Of a DNA stretch of 64,000 bases, positions 8,903-15,522 are shown one piece after another. Where the stretch lies: the IMG/VR virus record IMGVR_UViG_3300020432_000004. One strand, written 5' to 3'. The translations under genes and the position numbers were made by a program. This DNA is from a virus. Taxonomy: Duplodnaviria > Caudoviricetes. Position 1 is the first letter of the stretch. Each line of letters opens with the position of its first letter. The notes beneath the pieces were generated by a model. The model was not told where the DNA came from, searched no databases, and worked only from the letters and a program-made list of their open reading frames with translations.

Positions 8903-9097
8903 ATGGACACAAGAAAAGGATTATCAATCGAAGTTTCCGACAGTCAGTATGATTTCTTATATGAAGTCTTAATGGAAGCGTACTCAAATGATGTAGCAGA
9001 GCAAAAAGGATGGGATGTTCAAACATTCGATAATCTTATTGATAACGTATGCAATGCTAAAGTGACCTACCTATCCAACTCAGTCAAAGGAGTGTAG
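8903..9097 (+). CDS. hypothetical early protein
   Basis: Start moved to ATG 8903, downstream of the promoter. Confidence 0.7.
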   Translation: MDTRKGLSIEVSDSQYDFLYEVLMEAYSNDVAEQKGWDVQTFDNLIDNVCNAKVTYLSNSVKGV

Positions 9098-9100
9098 GTC

Positions 9101-9271
9101 ATGAGCAACAAAACATCCGCAGATTTAGTTAAAGAATACGTTTTAGACCATTATAGACATTTTGGTTTTTTACCTCATGATGTAGAGGTTAATGGGACAG
9201 TATTCGATTATGGAACATACAACTTAATGCTAGATTTATTTTTCCCTAAACTAACAGATTATTTAAAATGA
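9101..9271 (+). CDS. hypothetical 56-aa early protein
   Basis: AAGGAG RBS. Confidence 0.65.
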   Translation: MSNKTSADLVKEYVLDHYRHFGFLPHDVEVNGTVFDYGTYNLMLDLFFPKLTDYLK

Positions 9272-9414
9272 AAACATTATTAGAAGAGATACATGACATT
9301 ATCGAAGAAGGCGATAATGGAACATCACATGATATAGTTGATATAATGTTCAACTTATTAGATGTTAACCAACTTGCTCAATTACAAGACATTGTTATTA
9401 ATCAAAACTATTAA
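9268..9414 (+). CDS. hypothetical 48-aa acidic early protein
   Basis: ATGA coupling; similar to ORF 9771. Confidence 0.6.
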   Translation: MKTLLEEIHDIIEEGDNGTSHDIVDIMFNLLDVNQLAQLQDIVINQNY

Positions 9415-9415
9415 A

Positions 9416-9592
9416 ATGAAAACATTTATTATTCAAGAGAAATTCATAGGTTATAACGATATAACTATTGAAGCATCTACAGAAGAGGAAGCGATCTCAC
9501 TTTATAATAAAGGTTATTATAAAGATAGTGATGTTGATAGGGATGATATGTTTTATGATTTTCAATTCGATTCAATTAGAGAGGACAACTAA
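9416..9592 (+). CDS. acidic early protein (IEASTEEEA motif)
   Basis: Start at ATG 9416; similar to ORF 7519. Confidence 0.65.
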   Translation: MKTFIIQEKFIGYNDITIEASTEEEAISLYNKGYYKDSDVDRDDMFYDFQFDSIREDN

Positions 9593-9774
9593 TGAAAACT
9601 ATTAAATTAACTGATAAACAATTCCAGGAACTTCACACTTATGTTATTGACACTTGCGAAGATATTATGGATAGATCGCTAGAGTGGGCAGATTCAGATT
9701 TGAGTAATGAAATAATTGATGATAATGAAATAGTATTTACACTTAGATCAATTTTAGATGGAGTATCAAAATGA
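9592..9774 (+). CDS. acidic early protein
   Basis: GAGG RBS; TAATG coupling. Confidence 0.7.
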   Translation: MKTIKLTDKQFQELHTYVIDTCEDIMDRSLEWADSDLSNEIIDDNEIVFTLRSILDGVSK

Positions 9775-9938
9775 AAACATACGATAAGAAAACAAGTGTT
9801 TTTGTTAACCTATCTCGACTATATGAAGATAGCGAAAATATGATGTTTTATGACATACTTGACCATATAGTAGAAATTTGTAATGATAAACAATTAGATA
9901 GCATTTTAAACACTATACAAGAGAATTACAACAAGTGA
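9771..9938 (+). CDS. hypothetical 55-aa early protein
   Basis: GGAG RBS; ATGA coupling; stop abuts dyad copy 6. Confidence 0.65.
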   Translation: MKTYDKKTSVFVNLSRLYEDSENMMFYDILDHIVEICNDKQLDSILNTIQENYNK

Positions 9939-9999
9939 TGTACCAGTTCAACAAAGTGGCACAATACCTATTGTGTTTTTCTATAATTTCGATTATTAT
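9939..9999 (+). promoter_or_regulatory. early dyad promoter element, copy 6
   Basis: tgtaccagt-N7-agtggcaca (20 bp identical to copy 3), 30 nt, TATTAT. Confidence 0.7.
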
Positions 10000-10025
10000 T
10001 AGTTCATAGTTAATTAATCAAGTTT

Positions 10026-10178
10026 ATGACTAACCAAAAACGTTATGAATCATTCCTTAGATGGGAAGCAATGATCGCTAGACAACAGGCAAGAAAAGCA
10101 GGAAAGTCAGTTGATGAACTTTACAATTTACAGAATCGTTCAGAGTGGTTCGATTCCAACTTTAAACTTATTAAATAG
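10026..10178 (+). CDS. hypothetical 50-aa early protein
   Basis: First ORF after promoter copy 6. Confidence 0.6.
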   Translation: MTNQKRYESFLRWEAMIARQQARKAGKSVDELYNLQNRSEWFDSNFKLIK

Positions 10179-10190
10179 GAGTCTTTTATT

Positions 10191-10361
10191 ATGATGCAAT
10201 ACTTTATAGAAATCCCAAATACACAAATTAGAGAACCAGTAAGCGGTTTTTGTTATGATATATTATATGATATGGCACAGCAGTATGGTCATGCAGAATT
10301 AGTATGGTATGCCAATAATGGCACTAGGATGATACAGGGAGTATATACAGACAAAGATTAA
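10191..10361 (+). CDS. hypothetical 56-aa early protein
   Basis: AGGAG RBS. Confidence 0.65.
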   Translation: MMQYFIEIPNTQIREPVSGFCYDILYDMAQQYGHAELVWYANNGTRMIQGVYTDKD

Positions 10362-10375
10362 AAAGTCAACCAGTA

Positions 10376-10435
10376 GTGTGACGGTAATAGTACTGTCACA
10401 CAATTTTACCATACTGGTATTATTACCTTTATAAT
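10376..10435 (+). promoter_or_regulatory. early dyad promoter element, copy 7
   Basis: gtgtgacggt-N6-actgtcacac, TACCATACTGGTA hairpin, 29 nt, TATAAT. Confidence 0.8.
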
Positions 10436-10456
10436 AATAGTAATTAAACAAACAAA

Positions 10457-10753
10457 ATGCACCCACTTCAAATTGTGAACACTTTAAGACAGATTAATGA
10501 ATTTGTTGATTATGTAGATTCATTCTATGGTCAAAATGACCCATTATACCCATTATACTTAAATGGAGTAGCATTATCTAAAGAGCATATTCGCCACGCT
10601 ATTATAGTATATTTGGATAGATGCCATAATGATGATTTTGAAAATTGCTCTTGGGGTGATGGTGATTCACTTGATCGTGAGAGAGTGAGAGATATTCTAA
10701 CAGATAAATTTGGATATGGCGAGAGCAAATTTTATAGAAGTGTGACAGTTTAA
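10457..10753 (+). CDS. hypothetical early protein
   Basis: ORF track; FVDYVDSFYG...GDSLDRERVRDI; ends inside dyad copy 8. Confidence 0.8.
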   Translation: MHPLQIVNTLRQINEFVDYVDSFYGQNDPLYPLYLNGVALSKEHIRHAIIVYLDRCHNDDFENCSWGDGDSLDRERVRDILTDKFGYGESKFYRSVTV

Positions 10754-10799
10754 TTACTGTCATACTATTCTACACAATAGTCAAAAATTACACTATACT
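10740..10799 (+). promoter_or_regulatory. early dyad promoter element, copy 8
   Basis: gtgtgacagt-N6-actgtcatac, 29 nt, TATACT. Confidence 0.8.
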
Positions 10800-10830
10800 T
10801 AGTATATACAAATCAAAGGAGCATTTTTAA

Positions 10831-11307
10831 ATGACTACTACACTTCCAAACATTAACACTTCACTAAGAGTTAGAGAATGGACAGAGCAACTTTGCAGAA
10901 GTCTAGAGGATAATTACAGAAATTATAAAGTCAGGATGCTAACTAGCAATTCTATCAGATATTCAAAAGGTGATAATATCCTAGGCAAGAGACAAGACTT
11001 ATCTGACTATGCTATTCAGCAATTAAAAGAGATAAATGACGGAGTTGAAGGTAGTTTAATGAAGTTTAGAATAATCGAAGGTAAAAAGTACTTTAAAGTT
11101 GTAAATCAGGAATTTAGATACGGAGAGTGGTCAGACAGTTCAGTAAATTGTTTTGTTAACAAATTAACTGGTGAAGTGCATAAAGCAGCAAGTTGGAAGT
11201 CCCCAGTTAAGGGAGCAAGATTTGACATGAGAATTATAAGACACAGAGAATTGATGCATAACCCAGATTTTACTGACTGGGCAGGTGGTTATCTTTATCT
11301 AAGATAA
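10831..11307 (+). CDS. conserved T4-like cyanophage early protein (GKKYFK...TGEVHKAASWKSP...DWAGGYLY)
   Basis: AAGGAG RBS; motif recognised from cyanomyovirus early regions; function unknown. Confidence 0.85.
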   Translation: MTTTLPNINTSLRVREWTEQLCRSLEDNYRNYKVRMLTSNSIRYSKGDNILGKRQDLSDYAIQQLKEINDGVEGSLMKFRIIEGKKYFKVVNQEFRYGEWSDSSVNCFVNKLTGEVHKAASWKSPVKGARFDMRIIRHRELMHNPDFTDWAGGYLYLR

Positions 11308-11329
11308 CCCAATTCTCCAGGAATTTATT

Positions 11330-11527
11330 ATGTTTATCGTTACACATATAGATGTTCATGAATCACTAGACGAGGACATTCAGTTTAAAATTGATAATGG
11401 TCTCGGTCTATGGTCATCTAAAGAGCATGAAATTTGGGATGATGTAGAAAAATACATTCAACCCTATACTCTCAAAAGACTAGAGTATGAAAAAAACAGA
11501 CCTCACGCATTAACTTCTTTTAAATAA
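11330..11527 (+). CDS. hypothetical early protein
   Basis: AGGA RBS; ORF track. Confidence 0.7.
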   Translation: MFIVTHIDVHESLDEDIQFKIDNGLGLWSSKEHEIWDDVEKYIQPYTLKRLEYEKNRPHALTSFK

Positions 11528-11528
11528 A

Positions 11529-11696
11529 ATGACAACTAAAAAACCATTTAAAAAAACAACTGAATACTTCACAGTTAACTTTGAAAGTAAGACCGACTAC
11601 AACAAAGTTATCAAACATTTAAAACTAGAGGGACTAACCTTAGATTATTACCTATTAGAATTTGATTTGGAAGGGGTGCTAGGACAGTCTAATTAG
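11529..11696 (+). CDS. hypothetical 55-aa early protein
   Basis: Read manually; ends inside dyad copy 9. Confidence 0.6.
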   Translation: MTTKKPFKKTTEYFTVNFESKTDYNKVIKHLKLEGLTLDYYLLEFDLEGVLGQSN

Positions 11697-11738
11697 TGTC
11701 ACATAGTACTGGTATTTGTTACCAGTATGCACTATAAT
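11680..11738 (+). promoter_or_regulatory. early dyad promoter element, copy 9
   Basis: taggacagt-N6-agtgtcaca, TACTGGTA..TACCAGTA hairpin, 29 nt, TATAAT. Confidence 0.8.
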
Positions 11739-11769
11739 AAGAGTAATCAAACAAAAGGAGTATTTCAAA

Positions 11770-12168
11770 ATGCCACTAACAGCAGTTGTTTCAAAAAAGA
11801 ACTATAAGACAGTCAAAATTGACACATATCAGAAATTGCTACTTAATGCTATTGATACCTATGGGAGTGGAGACTGGAAGAATAATATGTCAATTCACCA
11901 TAAGCACGATCAGAGTATGTTCAGCAATATTTTAATCGGTTCACAAGTTGTTGCTAAGGTAGTTTATGATGTTGCCCATGATGATATTTCTTGTGATGAC
12001 TATAGAGCAATTCATATTGATAAAACAAAATTCGCTCAGGTTAGTTATATCGCATTTGTAAATGATGTTGACCAGTTTAGAGACTCTCATCAAATCGTTA
12101 GATACAGAAATATGCTCAGTAAATTTTACACAGTTATACAAGTAGCAAATAAGTGCATCAAATACTAG
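11770..12168 (+). CDS. hypothetical early protein
   Basis: AAGGAG RBS places the start at ATG 11770. Confidence 0.8.
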   Translation: MPLTAVVSKKNYKTVKIDTYQKLLLNAIDTYGSGDWKNNMSIHHKHDQSMFSNILIGSQVVAKVVYDVAHDDISCDDYRAIHIDKTKFAQVSYIAFVNDVDQFRDSHQIVRYRNMLSKFYTVIQVANKCIKY

Positions 12169-12174
12169 TAACAG

Positions 12175-12233
12175 TATGACAGTACGATTAGTGGCACATT
12201 AACCCACTAATCGACTGTAAAATACACTATAAT
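12175..12233 (+). promoter_or_regulatory. early dyad promoter element, copy 10
   Basis: tatgacagt-N6-agtggcaca, 29 nt, TATAAT. Confidence 0.8.
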
Positions 12234-12264
12234 TAAGATAACAAAACAAAAGGAGCATTTCAAA

Positions 12265-12525
12265 ATGTTATTCACACATGAGACAAAAGAATTTGGAACT
12301 ATCCATACTCAAGCAATGATTAACTCTTTTATTCCCTTTGAAGTCATCATGAGAGAGACTACAGAAGGCGGTGATGCATTATCTGACTTTGAAGGATATG
12401 ACCCTAGTATGGGTGCATCATGTCAAGAGTTAACAGAAGTGTGTGATGACATTTATGACACATTACTATTACACGCTCTTAAAACATATCCAGACAAAGC
12501 AATTAGAGGTATTAAAACAAAATGA
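12265..12525 (+). CDS. hypothetical early protein
   Basis: AAGGAG RBS. Confidence 0.8.
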   Translation: MLFTHETKEFGTIHTQAMINSFIPFEVIMRETTEGGDALSDFEGYDPSMGASCQELTEVCDDIYDTLLLHALKTYPDKAIRGIKTK

Positions 12526-12650
12526 GTTGCCTACAGAATGAAATCATCCTCGAAAATCTATTCGAGGAGGTTCAAACCGAATTTCCAGACTTATCCGAGG
12601 ATGAGCAAATTAAAAAAACTTACGAATTATTCGAGGACTTAATTCAATGA
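12522..12650 (+). CDS. acidic 42-aa early protein (MSCLQNEIILENLFEEV...)
   Basis: GAGG RBS; ATGA coupling on both sides. Confidence 0.65.
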   Translation: MSCLQNEIILENLFEEVQTEFPDLSEDEQIKKTYELFEDLIQ

Positions 12651-12817
12651 ACAAAATAGAAGGATTCACACCTAATCGTACAGAATACGATTTAATCTAT
12701 TCAGCATTTAGACATTTTAGATGTTTAATGACTGATGAGCAGGAGGTCATGAGCGAGCAGATACTTGATAAACTATTTTATCCTAGTTTTGATAATTTGA
12801 CTCAAAATGACCTATAA
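12647..12817 (+). CDS. hypothetical 56-aa early protein
   Basis: GAGG RBS; ATGA coupling. Confidence 0.6.
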   Translation: MNKIEGFTPNRTEYDLIYSAFRHFRCLMTDEQEVMSEQILDKLFYPSFDNLTQNDL

Positions 12818-13025
12818 ACCAGTATGGTATGACTCTACCAAACAAAAAGAGTCTTTTTACAAAAAGTTCCAGGAAATCCAAATCGGGGACTATGTAAGGT
12901 ATTATAAAGAGTATGGTCAGATCATACTACGTTTTGATGATACCGAACAAGTTTATCTAACTAACGATAAACATTATATGCTTCCAATTAACTGGAAAAA
13001 AACTAAAATCATTGCTAAATTTTAA
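12807..13025 (+). CDS. hypothetical protein (small beta-barrel-like, IQIGDYVRY)
   Basis: ORF track. Confidence 0.65.
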   Translation: MTYKPVWYDSTKQKESFYKKFQEIQIGDYVRYYKEYGQIILRFDDTEQVYLTNDKHYMLPINWKKTKIIAKF

Positions 13026-13026
13026 A

Positions 13027-13254
13027 ATGACTCAACTTGAATTTCTAACCGAAGTATTAAGCGATTATTGCTATAATGAGCAATTACCGTTTATGTCAGC
13101 ATCCGATATACTTCACACATATAAAGCGACTCTTTCAGTATCTCAACGAGAGTGGTTAAGAAATTATATCATAGTATGGGATATTATACAAGAAAATGAT
13201 AGTCTTGTGGATATGCCCGCCCGATTTTTTGGTATAGATAATATAATGGTCTAA
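13027..13254 (+). CDS. hypothetical early protein
   Basis: ATG 13027 preferred over TTG 13012. Confidence 0.65.
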   Translation: MTQLEFLTEVLSDYCYNEQLPFMSASDILHTYKATLSVSQREWLRNYIIVWDIIQENDSLVDMPARFFGIDNIMV

Positions 13255-13260
13255 TCCCCC

Positions 13261-13289
13261 ATTCTAGTATAATTTCCGAAAAATGTCAA
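13261..13289 (-). promoter_or_regulatory. antisense sigma70-type promoter
   Basis: Reverse complement reads TTGACA-17-TAGAAT. Confidence 0.6.
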
Positions 13290-13369
13290 CCCATTTTCAA
13301 TTAATTCCTTGGTGCGAAGTAGTCCACGCTATTGAAGTATTAAGGTATGAAGAGTTAACAAAAGACACT

Positions 13370-13522
13370 ATGACATATAAGCAACTAATCGAAGAGTTAA
13401 AAAAACTTACTGATGAGCAACTTAATATGGAGGTAGTCATATATGATAAGGATTGCGAGGATTCAATAAAAGCAGACTCGCACATAATCATCAAAAATGG
13501 ACAGGTTTACATAGGCATTTAA
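13370..13522 (+). CDS. hypothetical protein (MTYKQLIEELKKLTDEQLNMEV)
   Basis: Internal ATG of track ORF 13283. Confidence 0.65.
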   Translation: MTYKQLIEELKKLTDEQLNMEVVIYDKDCEDSIKADSHIIIKNGQVYIGI

Positions 13523-13524
13523 TT

Positions 13525-13764
13525 ATGGGTGATGAACTTTTAAAAAAATACAATTTCATGAAAGGTGAATTAATCGAAGTTAAAAACGATATAGGGAGGA
13601 TTAACTTTATAAGTGATGAGTACATTACCATAACAACAAAGCACGAAGATAATCAAAATTTCAAAAGTGGATATAAACAAACTAACGTAGTAATAAGCAA
13701 TGCATATTGGAAAGAAATAAAATTCATAACAAGAGAGGAATTAATCAGAGTAACCCATGACTAA
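13525..13764 (+). CDS. hypothetical protein
   Basis: Internal ATG of track ORF 13453. Confidence 0.65.
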   Translation: MGDELLKKYNFMKGELIEVKNDIGRINFISDEYITITTKHEDNQNFKSGYKQTNVVISNAYWKEIKFITREELIRVTHD

Positions 13765-13912
13765 GGACAGTAATAAAGATAATAAACTGATTCTAAAAAG
13801 GACATCCGCAGGTATGATAACATACTGTTTTATAGTATGTAAAGAGATCATCATAGGGTTATGGGAGATAGTCAGAAATAAGAAATATTATAGGAGGGAT
13901 ATAGAGAAATAA
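13757..13912 (+). CDS. hypothetical 51-aa protein
   Basis: Read manually; overlaps the previous stop. Confidence 0.45.
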   Translation: MTKDSNKDNKLILKRTSAGMITYCFIVCKEIIIGLWEIVRNKKYYRRDIEK

Positions 13913-14058
13913 ATCAATATCCGTATAATTTACTGATAATAATAAATATCAAAATAAATCTATTAGTGTTTATCTTATCGTTATTAATATGCGATCTTAA
14001 TACGGTCTTAGCATACATCCTACCGACTTGCAAGGAATATCACAGAATCGTCACAAAC

Positions 14059-14087
14059 TTGACAGGCACAGAGATTTATGGGATAAT
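14059..14087 (+). promoter_or_regulatory. sigma70-type promoter
   Basis: TTGACA-17-GATAAT with TG extension. Confidence 0.65.
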
Positions 14088-14118
14088 ATTACATAACCAA
14101 TAGTATGCCCAGTTGCCT

Positions 14119-14295
14119 ATGATAGTTCCAGGAAAGTATAAAACACTTGCCGAGAAATTTCCCCTTATCAGTAATGAGCAGACTATAGAATTATGTCAGT
14201 TTTTACTTGATACGGAACAGGTTACGGAGAGATATAAACAGACAGTAACCAGACTATTAGAGGAGGGATTTTTGTACCACGTGCCAATCACATAA
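14119..14295 (+). CDS. hypothetical protein
   Basis: ORF track (start uncertain); ends inside dyad copy 11. Confidence 0.65.
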   Translation: MIVPGKYKTLAEKFPLISNEQTIELCQFLLDTEQVTERYKQTVTRLLEEGFLYHVPIT

Positions 14296-14338
14296 GTGGC
14301 ACATTAGAGGGTGCACACAGGTAACCATATACTATAAT
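14280..14338 (+). promoter_or_regulatory. early dyad promoter element, copy 11
   Basis: cgtgccaat-N6-agtggcaca, 29 nt, TATAAT. Confidence 0.8.
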
Positions 14339-14369
14339 AGATGTATACCAAACAAAGGAGCATTTAAAA

Positions 14370-14588
14370 ATGAATCTTACACCAATCGCATCTAACATGA
14401 CTGAGGTAGAGACAAAAACACACCGTATTTTATTCAGTTATAGAACACCAGTTGCTGCTTTTGAATTTGGTAGAGGTTACATCAAAACAGAACAATTTTG
14501 GTCAGTAACTACTAGCAGACACATAAACAAGTGGGGTGCTAAGGGTGGCGAAGAGGTTCCCCAATCTTACTTAGACAACCTAGTGTAA
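14370..14588 (+). CDS. conserved phage early protein (LFSYRTPVAA...WSVTTSRHINKW)
   Basis: AAGGAG RBS; recognisable phage family of unknown function. Confidence 0.85.
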   Translation: MNLTPIASNMTEVETKTHRILFSYRTPVAAFEFGRGYIKTEQFWSVTTSRHINKWGAKGGEEVPQSYLDNLV

Positions 14589-14617
14589 TTGACACACAGG
14601 TAAAAAACGATTATAAT
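14589..14617 (+). promoter_or_regulatory. perfect-consensus sigma70 promoter
   Basis: TTGACA-17-TATAAT. Confidence 0.75.
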
Positions 14618-14647
14618 AGGGTTAACTCACACTAACCCTATTTTTTT
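14615..14647 (+). terminator. Rho-independent terminator closing the early cluster
   Basis: AATAGGGTTA-8 nt-TAACCCTATT plus T-run. Confidence 0.8.
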
Positions 14648-14852
14648 ATGCTTTAATATTTGACAGTTATTATGAAACGATAATCATTTTCATTTAGCCC
14701 TTATGGCAGTTATGGGGGTTATCTTTGGATGGTGGGTGGCCGATATATTAAAAAAGATAGAGACCCTAACCTACAAAGGTTCCCAAACGCATGTTAAATA
14801 TTAATCGAAAATAAAAAAATCCCCAGTACAAAAAATTTCCCAGAGGTAAAAA

Positions 14853-15056
14853 ATGACTTCACAAGATGATCGTGTATGGTGCATAGAGCAACTTATAAGG
14901 AAAGAAGGTTTCCTAGACAATCGAATGTATGAGTGTGCACAACAATGTGCTATATCTGGTAGACCTGAGACTAAGGAAGAACTATATACATCATGGGAGT
15001 TATGGAAGAGTACACATCCAGACAAAAATCCCTTCAATCAGAGAAATAAACTATGA
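14853..15056 (+). CDS. hypothetical protein
   Basis: GAGGT RBS. Confidence 0.75.
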   Translation: MTSQDDRVWCIEQLIRKEGFLDNRMYECAQQCAISGRPETKEELYTSWELWKSTHPDKNPFNQRNKL

Positions 15057-15214
15057 GCACAAGATTCACTACGAGGTTAGACGAAGACGATTACGGTGAC
15101 CTTATACTTACGATACCGTATGAAGTATGTGAAGAACTTGGATGGAATACTGACTCTGAACTAGTGTATGATGCAGTAGATGGTAAATTTACACTGAAAA
15201 AATTAAATGACTAA
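15053..15214 (+). CDS. AbrB/MazE/SpoVT-like DNA-binding protein, 53 aa
   Basis: Not in the track; GDLILTIPYEVCEELGWNTDSELVYDAVDGKFTLKK fits the swapped-hairpin signature. Confidence 0.7.
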   Translation: MSTRFTTRLDEDDYGDLILTIPYEVCEELGWNTDSELVYDAVDGKFTLKKLND

Positions 15215-15217
15215 ATA
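15212..15217 (+). promoter_or_regulatory. T4-type late promoter (TAAATA)
   Basis: CTAAATA 25 nt upstream of ORF 15243. Confidence 0.55.
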
Positions 15218-15242
15218 GCCGTGAGGCATTTCTGAACTTACT

Positions 15243-15497
15243 ATGACATTTTTTAAAGGACAAGTAAAAAGATTCTTCACTACAGGTAAGTGGGCATTGA
15301 AGTTGATCTTCATTGTAGTGCTTGCAGAATTAACCTTTGTTGGTGGTGCACTTATTGGTCTTGCTGGTCCTCTTGATGAGAATGATAGCAATAACATCAA
15401 ACATATCTTGTCGTTAGTTGCTACAAAGTCCTTTGCATTATATGCAGCAGAGAAAGGTAATAATGATCCTTATAAGAAATTGAAAGAGGAATCGTAA
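15243..15497 (+). CDS. small membrane protein
   Basis: Hydrophobic LIFIVVLAELTFVGGALIGL. Confidence 0.7.
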   Translation: MTFFKGQVKRFFTTGKWALKLIFIVVLAELTFVGGALIGLAGPLDENDSNNIKHILSLVATKSFALYAAEKGNNDPYKKLKEES

Positions 15498-15522
15498 CCC
15501 TCCACCCCTCGCGATCCACATT

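Noticed and set aside
10147-10157. GGTTCGATTCC tRNA T-loop-like motif
   Set aside because: T-stem pairing is incomplete, no cloverleaf, and it lies inside a plausible ORF
10376-10765. TGTGA...TCACA as CRP sites (or NtcA sites)
   Set aside because: Half-sites are 14 nt apart rather than 6, and the sequence does not fit GTA-N8-TAC
6551-13524. Track start codons at 6551, 7114, 8831, 9362, 11716, 13012, 13283, 13453
   Set aside because: They fall inside promoters or upstream genes; downstream ATGs with better RBS or coupling were used
4873-14338. Dyad repeats as a CRISPR array or classical integron attC sites
   Set aside because: Copies are degenerate, 0.3-2 kb apart, separated by whole genes and tied to -10 boxes; no cas or integrase gene in the window
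14801-15400. Minus-strand ORFs 14801-15037 and 15203-15400
   Set aside because: They overlap better-supported plus-strand genes
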